From assembly GCA_963781675.1 (NCBI GenBank), contig CAWAGF010000002.1, forward strand, positions 249,776 to 313,775: a stretch of DNA of 64,000 bases. Reading direction: 5' to 3'. The stretch is from an uncultured Actinomycetota bacterium. Its GTDB lineage: Bacteria > Actinomycetota > Actinomycetes > Mycobacteriales > SCTD01. This document shows positions 20,837 through 30,712 of this stretch, one piece after another; position 1 is the stretch's first letter, and the number at the start of each line of letters is the position of its first letter. The notes under the pieces are model-generated. The model made no database searches. It saw nothing but the letters and a program-made list of their open reading frames with translations, and had not been told where the DNA came from. The translations under genes and the position numbers were made by a program.

Positions 20837-21984
20837 TGCTCGAGCGCGCGGGCGAAGGCCGCCATGTGCGCCTCGGCGCTGGCCGCCCAGGTGAACTCCA
20901 GCGACCGCTGGTGGCCGGCCTCGCCGAGCCGGGCGCGGCGGTCCGGGTCATCGAGCAGCGCGTTGAGGTGCGTCGCGATCGCGTCCGGGTCGGGCTCGGT
21001 GTAGGCCACGGCGTCGCCGCCGACCTCGGGCAGCGAGAGCCGGTCGGTCGTGAGGACCGGTGCGCCGCAGGCCATCGCCTCGAGCACCGGCAGGCCGAAG
21101 CCCTCGCCGTGGCTCGGGTAGGCGACCAGCGTCGCCCCGCCGAGGTAGCCGGGCAGGTCGGTGAAGCGCAGGTACCCCGGGCGCAGCACCCGCAGGTGCG
21201 ACGGCACCTCGGCCACGGTGGCGTCGATGGTGTCGTCCCAGCCGGAGCCACCGGCCAGGACCAGCGCGGGCGTGAGCTCGCGGCCCTCGCAGGCCTTGAC
21301 CCAGCCGCGGATCAGGCCGGGGACGTTCTTGCGCGGCTCGAGCATGCCGAGGAAGGCGATGTACGACTGGCCCGCGAGGCCGAGACGCGCCTGCACGCGG
21401 GCCTTCTCGGCGTCGGTGGGCACGTGGAACGTGTGCTGGTCGACGCCGTGGTAGGCCACGTCGATGGTCGTCGCGTCGGCGTCCAGGACCCGCACGAGCT
21501 CGTCCCTCGTGGCCTTGGACGGTGTGACGACGCGAGCCGCGCGGCGCAGCGCGGTGCGGGTGGCCGAGCGGAAGAAGGTGCCCTTGACCGAGCTGTGCAG
21601 GTCGGGCTCGGTGAAGAAGGTGGCGTCGTGGACGGTCACGACGACGGGCCGGCCGGAGCGCAGCGGCATCGTGTAGTGCGGTGAGTGCAGGACCTGCGCG
21701 CTCACCTGCTGGGCGACCATCGGCAGGCCGGTCTGCTCCCACGCCAGCCGGGCGGGGCGGTGCGCGATGGCGGCCGGGCCGGGGACGACCTCGGCGTGCG
21801 GGGCGAGCCGGCCGTAGCGCTCGGCGTCCGCGCGCTGGCAGACGATCGCGAGGTCCGCGCCACCCGCGGCCAGCGCGGCGATGAGGCCGTCGACGTAGCG
21901 CCCGACCCCGCCGCGGTCCGCGGGGACCGCGGTCGCGTCGACGAGGACGCGGGGACCGCTCGGTCCTGTGCTGCCGGCGGTCAC
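20833..21984 (-). CDS. GT4 glycosyltransferase
   Basis: GGVGRY, LEPRKN, EGFGLPVLEAMACG. Confidence 0.92.
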   Translation of the reverse strand: MTAGSTGPSGPRVLVDATAVPADRGGVGRYVDGLIAALAAGGADLAIVCQRADAERYGRLAPHAEVVPGPAAIAHRPARLAWEQTGLPMVAQQVSAQVLHSPHYTMPLRSGRPVVVTVHDATFFTEPDLHSSVKGTFFRSATRTALRRAARVVTPSKATRDELVRVLDADATTIDVAYHGVDQHTFHVPTDAEKARVQARLGLAGQSYIAFLGMLEPRKNVPGLIRGWVKACEGRELTPALVLAGGSGWDDTIDATVAEVPSHLRVLRPGYLRFTDLPGYLGGATLVAYPSHGEGFGLPVLEAMACGAPVLTTDRLSLPEVGGDAVAYTEPDPDAIATHLNALLDDPDRRARLGEAGHQRSLEFTWAASAEAHMAAFARALEQ

Positions 21985-22038
21985 GCGTCGGCTCCTCTCG
22001 GGGGCAGGTGGTGAGGGGTGGCTGGGCCGTCCGCGAGC

Positions 22039-23106
22039 CTACGCCCGCCGGGGGGTCGCGAGCCCGCGCAGCGCCGACCACAGCGAGGCGGCCGCGGCGT
22101 CCCAGGAGTAGTGCGCGGCGCGCAGCCGACCGGCCTCGGCCATGCGCGCGCGCAGCGCCGGGTCGTCCGCGACCTCGCGCAGCGCGGCGGCCAGCGCGGC
22201 CGGCTCGAGCGGGCTCACCCGGGCGGCGCCGCCGCCGACCTCGACCAGCGCGGGGGCGTCGCTGGTGACGACCGGCGTGCCCGCGGCCATCGCCTCGAGC
22301 AGCGGCAGGCCGAAGCCCTCCGCACGGCTCGGCACCACGAGCGCGGTCGCCCGGTCGAGCAGCACCGCGAGGTCGGCGTCCGGGACCCGGCCGAGCGCCC
22401 GCGCGCCGGTCACCTCGACGCCGCCCCACCCGGGCTGGCCGACGCAGAGCAGCGGCAGGTCGGGTGCACCGGGCAGAGCGAGCGCCTCCAGCAGGACGTC
22501 GAGCCCCTTGCGGGGCTCGAGCGTCGCGACCGTCAGCAGGTAGCGGTCCGGCAGCTGCAGCCGCACTGCCCGCGCGTGGGCGTCAGGCGGGAGGGCGAGG
22601 TCACCGCTGACGCCCTCCCCCACGACCAGCAGCTCGCGCAGCGGCACGTGCCGGCGCAGCTCGTCCGCGACGGCGAGGGTCGGCACCACGACGAGGGCGG
22701 CCTCAGCGGCTGCGCGTGAGACCTGCGAGCGGTGCCACGCGACGCCGCGCGGGGTCAGCGTCTCCGGGTGGGTCCACGGGACGGCGTCGTGCACGACCAC
22801 GACCCGCGGGGCGGGGCCGGGCGGGAAGAGCGGCGTCGGGGCGAGCACCACGTCGCCGGGCACCTGCGGGCCGAGACCGCGTTCCCAGGCGGCGACCAGC
22901 CCGCGGCGGGGCAGCGGCAGCCGGCGCGGACCGCTGACCCCCGGCACGACCGCGGCGGCTGTGGTGCGGTGCCAGGCGACGACGCCGGTCACCTCGTCCT
23001 TCGGCCCGGCGCTCCGCGCGAGCGCCGCGGCGACCTCCCGGCTGTAGCGGCCGGTCCCGCCGGGGACGGGCGCGAGGCACTGCTCGAGGACGACGCCCAG
23101 CCTCAT
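22039..23106 (-). CDS. GT4 glycosyltransferase
   Basis: PGGTGRY, TLEPRKG, EGFGLPLLEAMAAG. Confidence 0.92.
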   Translation of the reverse strand: MRLGVVLEQCLAPVPGGTGRYSREVAAALARSAGPKDEVTGVVAWHRTTAAAVVPGVSGPRRLPLPRRGLVAAWERGLGPQVPGDVVLAPTPLFPPGPAPRVVVVHDAVPWTHPETLTPRGVAWHRSQVSRAAAEAALVVVPTLAVADELRRHVPLRELLVVGEGVSGDLALPPDAHARAVRLQLPDRYLLTVATLEPRKGLDVLLEALALPGAPDLPLLCVGQPGWGGVEVTGARALGRVPDADLAVLLDRATALVVPSRAEGFGLPLLEAMAAGTPVVTSDAPALVEVGGGAARVSPLEPAALAAALREVADDPALRARMAEAGRLRAAHYSWDAAAASLWSALRGLATPRRA

Positions 23107-25622
23107 CCGACGCCGACGTACCGCGGTCCCAGGCCCTTGAAGACCGGCGTGCTGCGGACGCGGGCCGCACGCGGCGTCGCCCCCGTGACGGTGACGTCGG
23201 TGGCGACCTGCGGGCCGTAGCGCGCGTTCGCGTGCAGGGCCTGCACGACGAGGCGGTACGTCCCGGCCGCCTTGCCGGTCGAGGAGACCGGGATGCGCCA
23301 CTCGCCGATCTCGCCGGGGTGCACGGCGGTGGCACCGGGCCGGACCGCGTTGCCGGCCAGCGCCGGCGGGGTCGTCGGGGAGGACCAGGCGGCGGTCGCG
23401 AGGGCGTACGGCCGGTCGGTCACCAGTCGCTCGGTCCCGACCTGCCAGGGCGACCCGCCGAGGTTGCGCAGCCGGACCACCAGGGTCGTCGAACCGTCCA
23501 GGGCGGTGGTCGCGGACGGACCCGCGTGCAGCATCGCGAGCCGGCTGACGGCCGGGTCGACGCGCACGACGTTCAGGGTGCGGGCGGCGCCCTCGATCCA
23601 GCCCTGGCCTGCCCACAGGGGCTCGAAGGCCTCGGGCGTGATGCCCACCGGGCGGCCTGCGCCGTGCAGGACGAGGTCGAAGGCGCCGGTCGCGCCGGGC
23701 CCGGTGGCGGCGGCGAGTCGGGCGGCGCGGCTGGCGCTCGGCCAGTCGTCCCCGGCGGCGGTGCTGGCGCGGTTGCGGGGACCCGACGTGCCGAGCTGGA
23801 CAGCGGTGACCGGCCAGAGGAGGTTGCCGGTGTTCTTGACCTGCCAGCGCACCGGGGTCGTGCCGCTGCGCGCGACGACGACGGTGCGGCCGTCGGCGAA
23901 GACGGGCGACGGGCCGCCGGTGGTGGCCGGCTGTGCGCCGGGGCCGGCCTGCGGCGCCGCAGCGGTGGCCGTGAGCGCCGCCGCCTCGACGGGGACGCGC
24001 CAGGCGACGGTGGCGCCGAACAGCGGGCCGTCACCGAGGCGCAGGCGGTAGGCGCGGCCGTGCGTGCCGGGCTGCACGCCGGCGGCGTCGAGCCGGATCA
24101 CGAAGTCCGCTGTCTGCCCCGGCTCGATCGTCGCCGCACTCGTCACGGGCGCCCCGGGCCGGGTAGCGCCGCCGGCCAGCGGGTCGGCCTCACCGGGCGG
24201 GGAGGCCACGGCCAGGTGCAGACCCGCGACCGGCCACGCGGTCGCGCCGGTGTTCTTGAACGTGGCGGTCAAGGTCCCGGTGGACGCGCCGGGCGGGCGC
24301 ACCAGCGTCGGAGCCGCCGACTGCGCGGTGACGCTGCTGGTGGTCTGCGGCACGACGACGCGCCACCAGGAGGAGCGCAGGCCGTCGCTGCTGCCCGGCC
24401 AGGGGCGTGCGTTGTAGACGCCCGCCCCGGTCGTGCTGACGCTGGTGGCAGCCCCGCTGCTGCTGACGCCCTCGAGGACGACGGTCTTGACCCGGCCGCC
24501 CCACTCGCCGTTGCCGTCGCGACCGGTCACCCGGATCCGCCGCAGCGTCCCGACGGCCGGGAAGCGCCGCTCGAGGTCGCTCGCGCGCAGGGTCGCCTTC
24601 CAGCTGTGCACCGGGTTGCTCACGGCGCCGTCCCAGTCGTCGCGCTGCGCGACGAGGTAGGGCACGTCGCCCTTGGTGGACCAGCCGCCGTTCGAGCTGC
24701 TGAACTCCGCGAAGACCGGCTTCCCCTCGTACGTCCGGACGACGCCGGCCGTGGCCCGCACCGCCTCGGTCGTCGACGCCGGCTCGAGCTCGGTCACGCC
24801 GCCGCTGCTCGCGTAGAGGCGGCTGCCGCCGAAGACCTGGCACTGCGTGGTGTCGCAGATGTCCCAGTGGCCGCTGCCGGCGACGCGGTCGCGCTTGTTC
24901 GCGCTGTACGACCTGGCGGCGATGGCCTGCGCCTGCAGCGCCGCGGGCTTCCACCCGCTGGACGCCTCGCGCGGGACGACGCCGAGCAGGTAGTCCTCGA
25001 GCGGCAGCACCACGACGCTGGCCAGGCTCTTCGGCGCCGTCTTCACGGCCTGCACGCCGCCGCGGTAGTCGCGGCTGGTGCCGCCGGGGAACGCCACGCG
25101 CACGAAGGCGGGGCCGCTGAAGCGCACCGGGCCGCCGTGCGTCGTGCCGCCGCCGAGGGCGTACGGCGTCCAGGCCGAGCCGGTCAGCGACTGCACGTGC
25201 AGGCCGGCGTCGTCGACGGTCACCCGCCAGCGGGTCGGGCCGGTCGGGAGCTCGGCGGTCGTGCCGGTGCTGGTGTCGGTCACCTTCAGTCCGGTGGCCG
25301 GGAAGACCTGCAGGTCGGTGCCGTCGTCGCCCATGAGCTTGACCCGGATCGGCGCCGGCGCGAGGACGGTGCGCGCGGTGCCCGGGTAGTAGGTGCTGAC
25401 GATGGTGTCGGCGCTGACGCCCTGGCTGGCCGCGCCCTGCGCGCCCCACTGGCTCATGCCGCGGCCGTGGCCCCAGCCGTGGCCCTCGACCGTGAAGACG
25501 CCGTCGGACGGGCGCTCGGCGACGTCCTCGGCCGCCGCGGGAGCGGCACCGCCGACGACGAGGGCTCCGCTGGCGAGCAGGCCGGCCAGGGCGGTCCAGG
25601 CGGTGCGAGAAGGGCGGCGCAT
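23103..25622 (-). CDS. SpoIID/LytB domain secreted protein with three C-terminal Ig-like repeats
   Basis: GHGWGHGRGMSQWGA, YLLGVVPRE, AQAIAARSY, DICDTTQCQVF; repeated KNTG..W/RNLG..W modules. Confidence 0.88.
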   Translation of the reverse strand: MRRPSRTAWTALAGLLASGALVVGGAAPAAAEDVAERPSDGVFTVEGHGWGHGRGMSQWGAQGAASQGVSADTIVSTYYPGTARTVLAPAPIRVKLMGDDGTDLQVFPATGLKVTDTSTGTTAELPTGPTRWRVTVDDAGLHVQSLTGSAWTPYALGGGTTHGGPVRFSGPAFVRVAFPGGTSRDYRGGVQAVKTAPKSLASVVVLPLEDYLLGVVPREASSGWKPAALQAQAIAARSYSANKRDRVAGSGHWDICDTTQCQVFGGSRLYASSGGVTELEPASTTEAVRATAGVVRTYEGKPVFAEFSSSNGGWSTKGDVPYLVAQRDDWDGAVSNPVHSWKATLRASDLERRFPAVGTLRRIRVTGRDGNGEWGGRVKTVVLEGVSSSGAATSVSTTGAGVYNARPWPGSSDGLRSSWWRVVVPQTTSSVTAQSAAPTLVRPPGASTGTLTATFKNTGATAWPVAGLHLAVASPPGEADPLAGGATRPGAPVTSAATIEPGQTADFVIRLDAAGVQPGTHGRAYRLRLGDGPLFGATVAWRVPVEAAALTATAAAPQAGPGAQPATTGGPSPVFADGRTVVVARSGTTPVRWQVKNTGNLLWPVTAVQLGTSGPRNRASTAAGDDWPSASRAARLAAATGPGATGAFDLVLHGAGRPVGITPEAFEPLWAGQGWIEGAARTLNVVRVDPAVSRLAMLHAGPSATTALDGSTTLVVRLRNLGGSPWQVGTERLVTDRPYALATAAWSSPTTPPALAGNAVRPGATAVHPGEIGEWRIPVSSTGKAAGTYRLVVQALHANARYGPQVATDVTVTGATPRAARVRSTPVFKGLGPRYVGVG

Positions 25623-25654
25623 CGGGTCGTCTCCACAAGAAGGGGGCGTACCTG

Positions 25655-26635
25655 TCAGACGTCGGCAGCCTTCCCCGGCTGCTGAACAGGTCGGACAGTA
25701 GTCACATCCGTCCCATCCGCACCAGACTCGTGATCGGATCGTGGCCGAAGCGCGGCACCGGCGGCACCCCACAGCAGGTCGCCGAGCGTCATCAGCACCC
25801 GGCTGAGCACCGCGACGGCCAGGGCTGCGGCCTCGTCCAGCACGGGGGCGAGCGCCGCGATGAGGGCCACCTCGCGCACGCCCGCACCCGCCGGCGCGAT
25901 GACGAACAGGAAGCCCGCCGTCCAGGCCAGCGCGTAGGCGCCGACGCTGAGCAGCAGCAGGTCCGCGCGGCCCTGGGTGTCCTGCGGCCGCACCAGCAGC
26001 CACAGGTGCACGCCGTACGCCGCCCACATCCCGAGCGCCCAGCCCAGCGCGGCGCCGACCCCGCGGCGGCTCAGCGGGCGCTCCAGCGCGTCCCGCTTGA
26101 GGACGCGGAGCAGCACGGTCACGAGGCGGGTCAGCACCGGCGGGTGCAGCACCCCCAGCACGACCGGCAGCAGGAGCAGCACCCACGCGTAGTGGCGCAG
26201 CGCGTCCGGGCTCGTCAGCGGCAGCGCCACTGCCGCGCTGAGCAGCCCGGCGGCCACCAGCACGCCCATGAACAGCAGGCTCGCCGTGCCGACCCGGCTG
26301 CGCGGGGCGCCCTGCGAGCGGCCCAGCTCCATCTGCGCGGCGATCGCGAAGACCTGCCCGGGGACGTACTTGCCGAGCTGGCCGAGGAAGAAGACGTGCA
26401 GCGCCGGCCGGAGCGGCAGCGGCGTGCCGAGGTCGGCCAGCAGCGCGCGCCACACCATGGCGCTGGCGAGCAGCCCCGCCAGCACGGCCAGCAGCGACCC
26501 GACGGCGGCGGCAGCACCCACGTCGCGGGCGGCGTCCAGGGCCTCGTCGCCCTTGTCGCGCAGCGCGAGCACGAGCAGGAGCAGGGCCAGCAGCAGGAAG
26601 CCGATCCGCGCGGCTCGCCCCAGCGTCTGCTTCAC
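25655..26635 (-). CDS. Lysylphosphatidylglycerol synthase TM domain (flippase-like) protein
   Basis: FFLGQLGKYVPG, PAGAGVRE; multiple TM segments. Confidence 0.85.
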   Translation of the reverse strand: MKQTLGRAARIGFLLLALLLLVLALRDKGDEALDAARDVGAAAAVGSLLAVLAGLLASAMVWRALLADLGTPLPLRPALHVFFLGQLGKYVPGQVFAIAAQMELGRSQGAPRSRVGTASLLFMGVLVAAGLLSAAVALPLTSPDALRHYAWVLLLLPVVLGVLHPPVLTRLVTVLLRVLKRDALERPLSRRGVGAALGWALGMWAAYGVHLWLLVRPQDTQGRADLLLLSVGAYALAWTAGFLFVIAPAGAGVREVALIAALAPVLDEAAALAVAVLSRVLMTLGDLLWGAAGAALRPRSDHESGADGTDVTTVRPVQQPGKAADV

Positions 26636-26641
26636 GGGGTC

Positions 26642-26651
26642 ACGCTAGCCT
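26642..26651. promoter_or_regulatory. Overlapping divergent -10-like boxes (TAGCGT minus, TAGCCT plus)
   Basis: 23-bp intergenic gap; TANNNT hexamers 6-7 nt before each start codon. Confidence 0.5.
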
Positions 26652-26658
26652 CGCCGCC

Positions 26659-27297
26659 ATGACTGTCACTGGTTCCGGAGCGCCCGAGACGCCCGGCGTG
26701 GTGATCGGCAACCACACCAAGAAGTACACGGCCAAGAACCCGGCCATCAAGTGGCTGACCGAGCGCTTCGTCGCCCGGCTGGACGGCATGGTCGGCGACA
26801 TCGCCTCCGACGCCAAGCCCGCCACCACGCCGCTCGAGGTGGGCGCCGGCGAGGGCGTCATCAGCCTGAAGATGAAGGAGCGCTTCGGCTCCTGCGTCGG
26901 CATCGACCTCCCCGACGCCGGCCTGCGCGAGGAGTGGCGCTCCCGGCCGGGCCCGCACTACCTGCACGCCGATGCCGAGCGGCTGCCGTTCAAGGACGAG
27001 CAGTTCGACCTGGTGGTCTGCGTCGAGGTGCTCGAGCACCTGCGCGACCCCGACGCCGGCCTGCGCGAGCTCGCCCGCGTCACGTCCCGTCACCTGCTGC
27101 TGTCGGTCCCGCACGAGCCGTTCTTCCGCGGCTCCAACCTGCTGACCGGGCGCTACCTCAAGGACCTGGGCAACACGCCGGGCCACCTCAACCACTGGAC
27201 CGGCGCCGGCTTCCAGCGGTTCGTCTCGCAGTGCGCGACGGTCCGCCAGGTCGCCTCGCCGTACCCGTGGACGATCGTCTGGGCCACCAAGGCCTGA
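26659..27297 (+). CDS. Class I SAM-dependent methyltransferase
   Basis: LEVGAGEG, FDLVVCVEVLEH, SVPHEP. Confidence 0.9.
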   Translation: MTVTGSGAPETPGVVIGNHTKKYTAKNPAIKWLTERFVARLDGMVGDIASDAKPATTPLEVGAGEGVISLKMKERFGSCVGIDLPDAGLREEWRSRPGPHYLHADAERLPFKDEQFDLVVCVEVLEHLRDPDAGLRELARVTSRHLLLSVPHEPFFRGSNLLTGRYLKDLGNTPGHLNHWTGAGFQRFVSQCATVRQVASPYPWTIVWATKA

Positions 27298-27310
27298 CCC
27301 CCGTACGACC

Positions 27311-27342
27311 GAGCGCCCCCGCCCAGCCGGACGGAGGCGCTC
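27311..27342. terminator. Hairpin between convergent genes
   Basis: GAGCGCC...GGCGCTC inverted repeat. Confidence 0.45.
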
Positions 27343-27354
27343 CGCAGTCTCGGG

Positions 27355-28941
27355 CTACGCCGTGCGGCGGCGGCGCAGCAGCAGGCCGGACACCACCAGC
27401 AGCAGGACGCCGGAGGCGCCGAGCGCGCCGCTCAGGCCGGTGGCGGCCAGCACCGGGCCGGACGCCGCGGGCGTCTCGGACGCGGGCGGCGCCGAGGTGC
27501 CTGCGCCGCTGCCGGTCTGCGGGGCGGTGCCCGTGCCGGGCACGACGGTGCCGGTCGTGGCCGGCGTGATCAGCGCGGGGCCGCCGACCTGCCGGGCGAT
27601 CGTCGCCTTCTGGAAGCGGCTGGCCGTGGTGCACTCCGCGGTGCCGGGGCAGCCGTCGGCGTAGCCCACGACGACGCGGCCGGTGCGCGGGTCGATCTGC
27701 ATGTCGTTGAAGTCGAGCAGGTTGCGGGAGTCGCCGCAGGTGGTGCCGCTCGTGCAGATCGGGCCGACCTGGACGGGGTGCCTCGGGGTGGCCAGCAGGG
27801 TCTTCCAGGTCTTGCCGAAGTCCTCGGTGAAGGACACGTAGAGGTCCCAGCGCCCGGCGAAGTCCGCCGCGCTGCCGTCGCCGCCGGTCTTCGAGCCGAC
27901 GTAGCCGAACGCCGCCTTGCCTGGGTCGCCGGCGACCATGACCGGGAAGCGGGTGTTGACGATGCCGGCGTCCTTGCCGACGTTGACCGGCGCGGTCCAG
28001 GTAAGGCCCTTGTCCTTGCTGAACGCGGCCATCGGCGGGCCGCTCTGGAAGACGGTCGTGCCGTCGAGCGGGCCGCCGTAGCCGAAGTAGACGTCGCCGT
28101 TCAGGCCGGCGGCGACCGACGGGTGACCCGCGTCGCCGTAGACGCTGCCCGGGACCTCGCGGACGTCCCACGTGATGCCGTTGTCCTCGCTGACGGCGGT
28201 GCCGGTCTGGTACTCGCCGGCGGTCAGGTCCGGGCAGTAGCGCGGCGGCAGGTAGACGGTGCCGTCGGGAGCGCTCTTGATGTGGCCGAAGATGCCGCCG
28301 AGCTGGCACTCCGCGGTCGTGTAGACGACGGAGGTGGTCGGGAAGGTGATGCCGCCGTCGGTGCTCATCGAGCACTTCGCCGTCGCGACGTCCTGGGCGC
28401 AGTAGTAGACGACGTTCGGGTAGTCGGTCACCGGGTTCTTCAGCAGGGCGAGCGGGCTGCCCTCCACGTACTTGCCGAAGCCGACCGTCTGGTGGTCGAA
28501 GGCGGACGCCGGGCCGCAGCCCTGCGACAGCGTGAAGCTCTTGCCGTCGTCGTCGGTGAAGCCGCCCTGGCTGCAGGCCAGCAGCAGCTGCGAGGTGAAC
28601 GTCCGGCCGGTCTCGGTGTCGGTGCGCAGGATCGGGTCGAAGCTGCGCGGCTGCGGCACCGGGAACGAGCCGAGCTCCCAGGTGGCCGTGCCGTCGGGCT
28701 TCAGGTCGGTCACGCGCAGGGTCTCGGTGTAGGCCTGGAACAGGATCGCCCCGGTCTTCGGGTTCACGCCCAGAGTGGGCTCACCGGCGCGGTCACCGAG
28801 GCCCTCCGGCGCCTGGTAGTTCACGAAGGCCGGCGTCGCCGCGGCCTGCGTGGGGGCCACCGCGGCGAGCGCGGAGCCGGCGAGCATCGACAGGCCCGCG
28901 ACAGCGGTGAGGACGGACAGGCCGAGGCGCGGTGGGCGCAC
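27355..28941 (-). CDS. Secreted Asp-box (BNR/sialidase-like) protein with LAATG anchor; paralog of 7042..8820
   Basis: Signal peptide; STDGGITF, SEDNGITW, SKDKGLTW; shares GEPT, FDHQTV, RNLLDF and ADGC blocks with the paralog. Confidence 0.75.
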   Translation of the reverse strand: MRPPRLGLSVLTAVAGLSMLAGSALAAVAPTQAAATPAFVNYQAPEGLGDRAGEPTLGVNPKTGAILFQAYTETLRVTDLKPDGTATWELGSFPVPQPRSFDPILRTDTETGRTFTSQLLLACSQGGFTDDDGKSFTLSQGCGPASAFDHQTVGFGKYVEGSPLALLKNPVTDYPNVVYYCAQDVATAKCSMSTDGGITFPTTSVVYTTAECQLGGIFGHIKSAPDGTVYLPPRYCPDLTAGEYQTGTAVSEDNGITWDVREVPGSVYGDAGHPSVAAGLNGDVYFGYGGPLDGTTVFQSGPPMAAFSKDKGLTWTAPVNVGKDAGIVNTRFPVMVAGDPGKAAFGYVGSKTGGDGSAADFAGRWDLYVSFTEDFGKTWKTLLATPRHPVQVGPICTSGTTCGDSRNLLDFNDMQIDPRTGRVVVGYADGCPGTAECTTASRFQKATIARQVGGPALITPATTGTVVPGTGTAPQTGSGAGTSAPPASETPAASGPVLAATGLSGALGASGVLLLVVSGLLLRRRRTA

Positions 28942-29033
28942 GGAGGGCTCCAGACAGACGGGGACGTTCCGGACGTGTTCGACGTCGGGTGCACCCGGCC
29001 CTGCCTGCGGACCGTGATCGGTAGCATCGCCGC

Positions 29034-30047
29034 GTGCGCCTCGTGGTCCAGGTCCCCTGTCTGAACGAGGAGGAGACCCTGCCCGCGGTCCTCTCCACGA
29101 TCCCGACCGAGATCCCGGGGATCGACGAGATCCTCGTGCTGATCATCGACGACGGGTCGACGGACCGGACCATCGAGGTCGCCCGGGAGCACGGCGTCGA
29201 GCACTTCGTGCGGCACGCCCGCAACCGCGGCCTGGGCCGTTCCTTCCACGACGGCGTGCAGCGGGCCCTCGAGCTCGGCGCCGACATCGTGGTGAACACC
29301 GACGGCGACAACCAGTACCCCCAGGAGCGCATCGGCGACCTGTGCCAGCCGATCCTCGAGGGCCGGGCCGACATCGTCATCGCCGACCGGCAGGTGCACC
29401 TCGTCGAGCACTTCTCCGGACCCAAGGTGGCGCTGCAGAAGCTGGGCAGCCGCATCGTCAACAAGGCCGCCGGCACCAACCTGCCGGACGCCGCCAGCGG
29501 CTTCCGCGCCTACTCCCGCGACTCCTTGATGCTGCTGAACACCATCACGCAGTTCAGCTACTGCATGGAGACGATCATCCAGGCCGGCAACAAGCGGATG
29601 GCGATCGAGAGCGTCCCGATCCGCACGAACGCCAAGACGCGCGAGTCGCGCCTGTTCTCGAGCACCTACCAGCACGTCCTGAAGTCGGCCGGCGCCATCG
29701 TCAAGGCCTACATCATGTACAAGCCGTACGTGATCTTCAGCTTCTTCGCCGTGCTGCTCGGGGCGCTGGGGCTGCTGCCGTTCGTCCGCTACGCCGCCCT
29801 CAAGGCGGTCGGCGACGACGGCAACCACCTGCAGTCGCTGCTCGTCGGCACGATCCTGCTGGTGATGAGCTTCATGAGCGTGATCGTCGGGATCATCGGC
29901 GACCTGCTGCGCACCAACCGCGCGCTCATCGAGGACCAGCTCGAGCACGTGAAGAAGATGCGCTTCGGCATGCTCGACCCGGCCGGCGCCGCGCCCGTGG
30001 ACATGGCCGAGCGCGCCGCCGCACCGCGCCGACGCCGCGCAGGCTGA
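29034..30047 (+). CDS. GT2 glycosyltransferase (polyprenol-phosphate glycosyltransferase/DPM-like) with C-terminal TM helices
   Basis: [29 protein letters not shown]. Confidence 0.88.
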   Translation: MRLVVQVPCLNEEETLPAVLSTIPTEIPGIDEILVLIIDDGSTDRTIEVAREHGVEHFVRHARNRGLGRSFHDGVQRALELGADIVVNTDGDNQYPQERIGDLCQPILEGRADIVIADRQVHLVEHFSGPKVALQKLGSRIVNKAAGTNLPDAASGFRAYSRDSLMLLNTITQFSYCMETIIQAGNKRMAIESVPIRTNAKTRESRLFSSTYQHVLKSAGAIVKAYIMYKPYVIFSFFAVLLGALGLLPFVRYAALKAVGDDGNHLQSLLVGTILLVMSFMSVIVGIIGDLLRTNRALIEDQLEHVKKMRFGMLDPAGAAPVDMAERAAAPRRRRAG

Positions 30048-30712
30048 TGGCCGAGGACACCGAGTACGACACCTACAAGCAGGCGATGCAGTCGCTGCGC
30101 GGGGCGAGGGAGACGTCGGCGCGCGCCTTCTACGCCGGGCTGCGCCACCGCAAGCGGCACATCTGGATCGGCTCGAGGACGGTGCTCGACGGCGCGGAGC
30201 GCATCACCGTCCGCGAGGGCGGCGCGCTGCGGATCGGGCTCGGCTCCTTCGGGCTGTCCAGCGAGGACGACACCTCCGTGGTCAGGGTGCGCGAGGGCGC
30301 GGCGTTCCGCTGCGAGGGCGTCGTCTCGCTGCAGCGCGGCGTGCGGGTGGTCGTCGACGGCGGCACCCTCACGATGGGCCACGGCACCAACGTGAACGGC
30401 ATCGGCACCAAGGTGCTCTGCGCGACCGGCATCACCATCGGCGAGTTCTGCACGTTCTCGTGGGACGTGCAGCTGCTCGACACCGACTTCCACGCCATCA
30501 CCGTCGACGGGGTGGAGCAGCCGTCGACGGCGCCCATCACCATCGGCGACCGGGTGTGGGTCGGCACCCGCGCGGTCGTGCTCAAGGGCGTGACCATCGG
30601 CGACGGGGCCGTCGTCGCGGCCGGCGCCGTCGTGACGAAGGACGTGCCCGCAGGCGCAGTGGTCGGCGGGATGCCGGCGAAGGTGATCGGCCGCGCCGAC
30701 AGCTGGGCCTAG
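30047..30712 (+). CDS. Left-handed beta-helix acyltransferase (sugar O-acetyltransferase family)
   Basis: [37 protein letters not shown]. Confidence 0.9.
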   Translation: MAEDTEYDTYKQAMQSLRGARETSARAFYAGLRHRKRHIWIGSRTVLDGAERITVREGGALRIGLGSFGLSSEDDTSVVRVREGAAFRCEGVVSLQRGVRVVVDGGTLTMGHGTNVNGIGTKVLCATGITIGEFCTFSWDVQLLDTDFHAITVDGVEQPSTAPITIGDRVWVGTRAVVLKGVTIGDGAVVAAGAVVTKDVPAGAVVGGMPAKVIGRADSWA

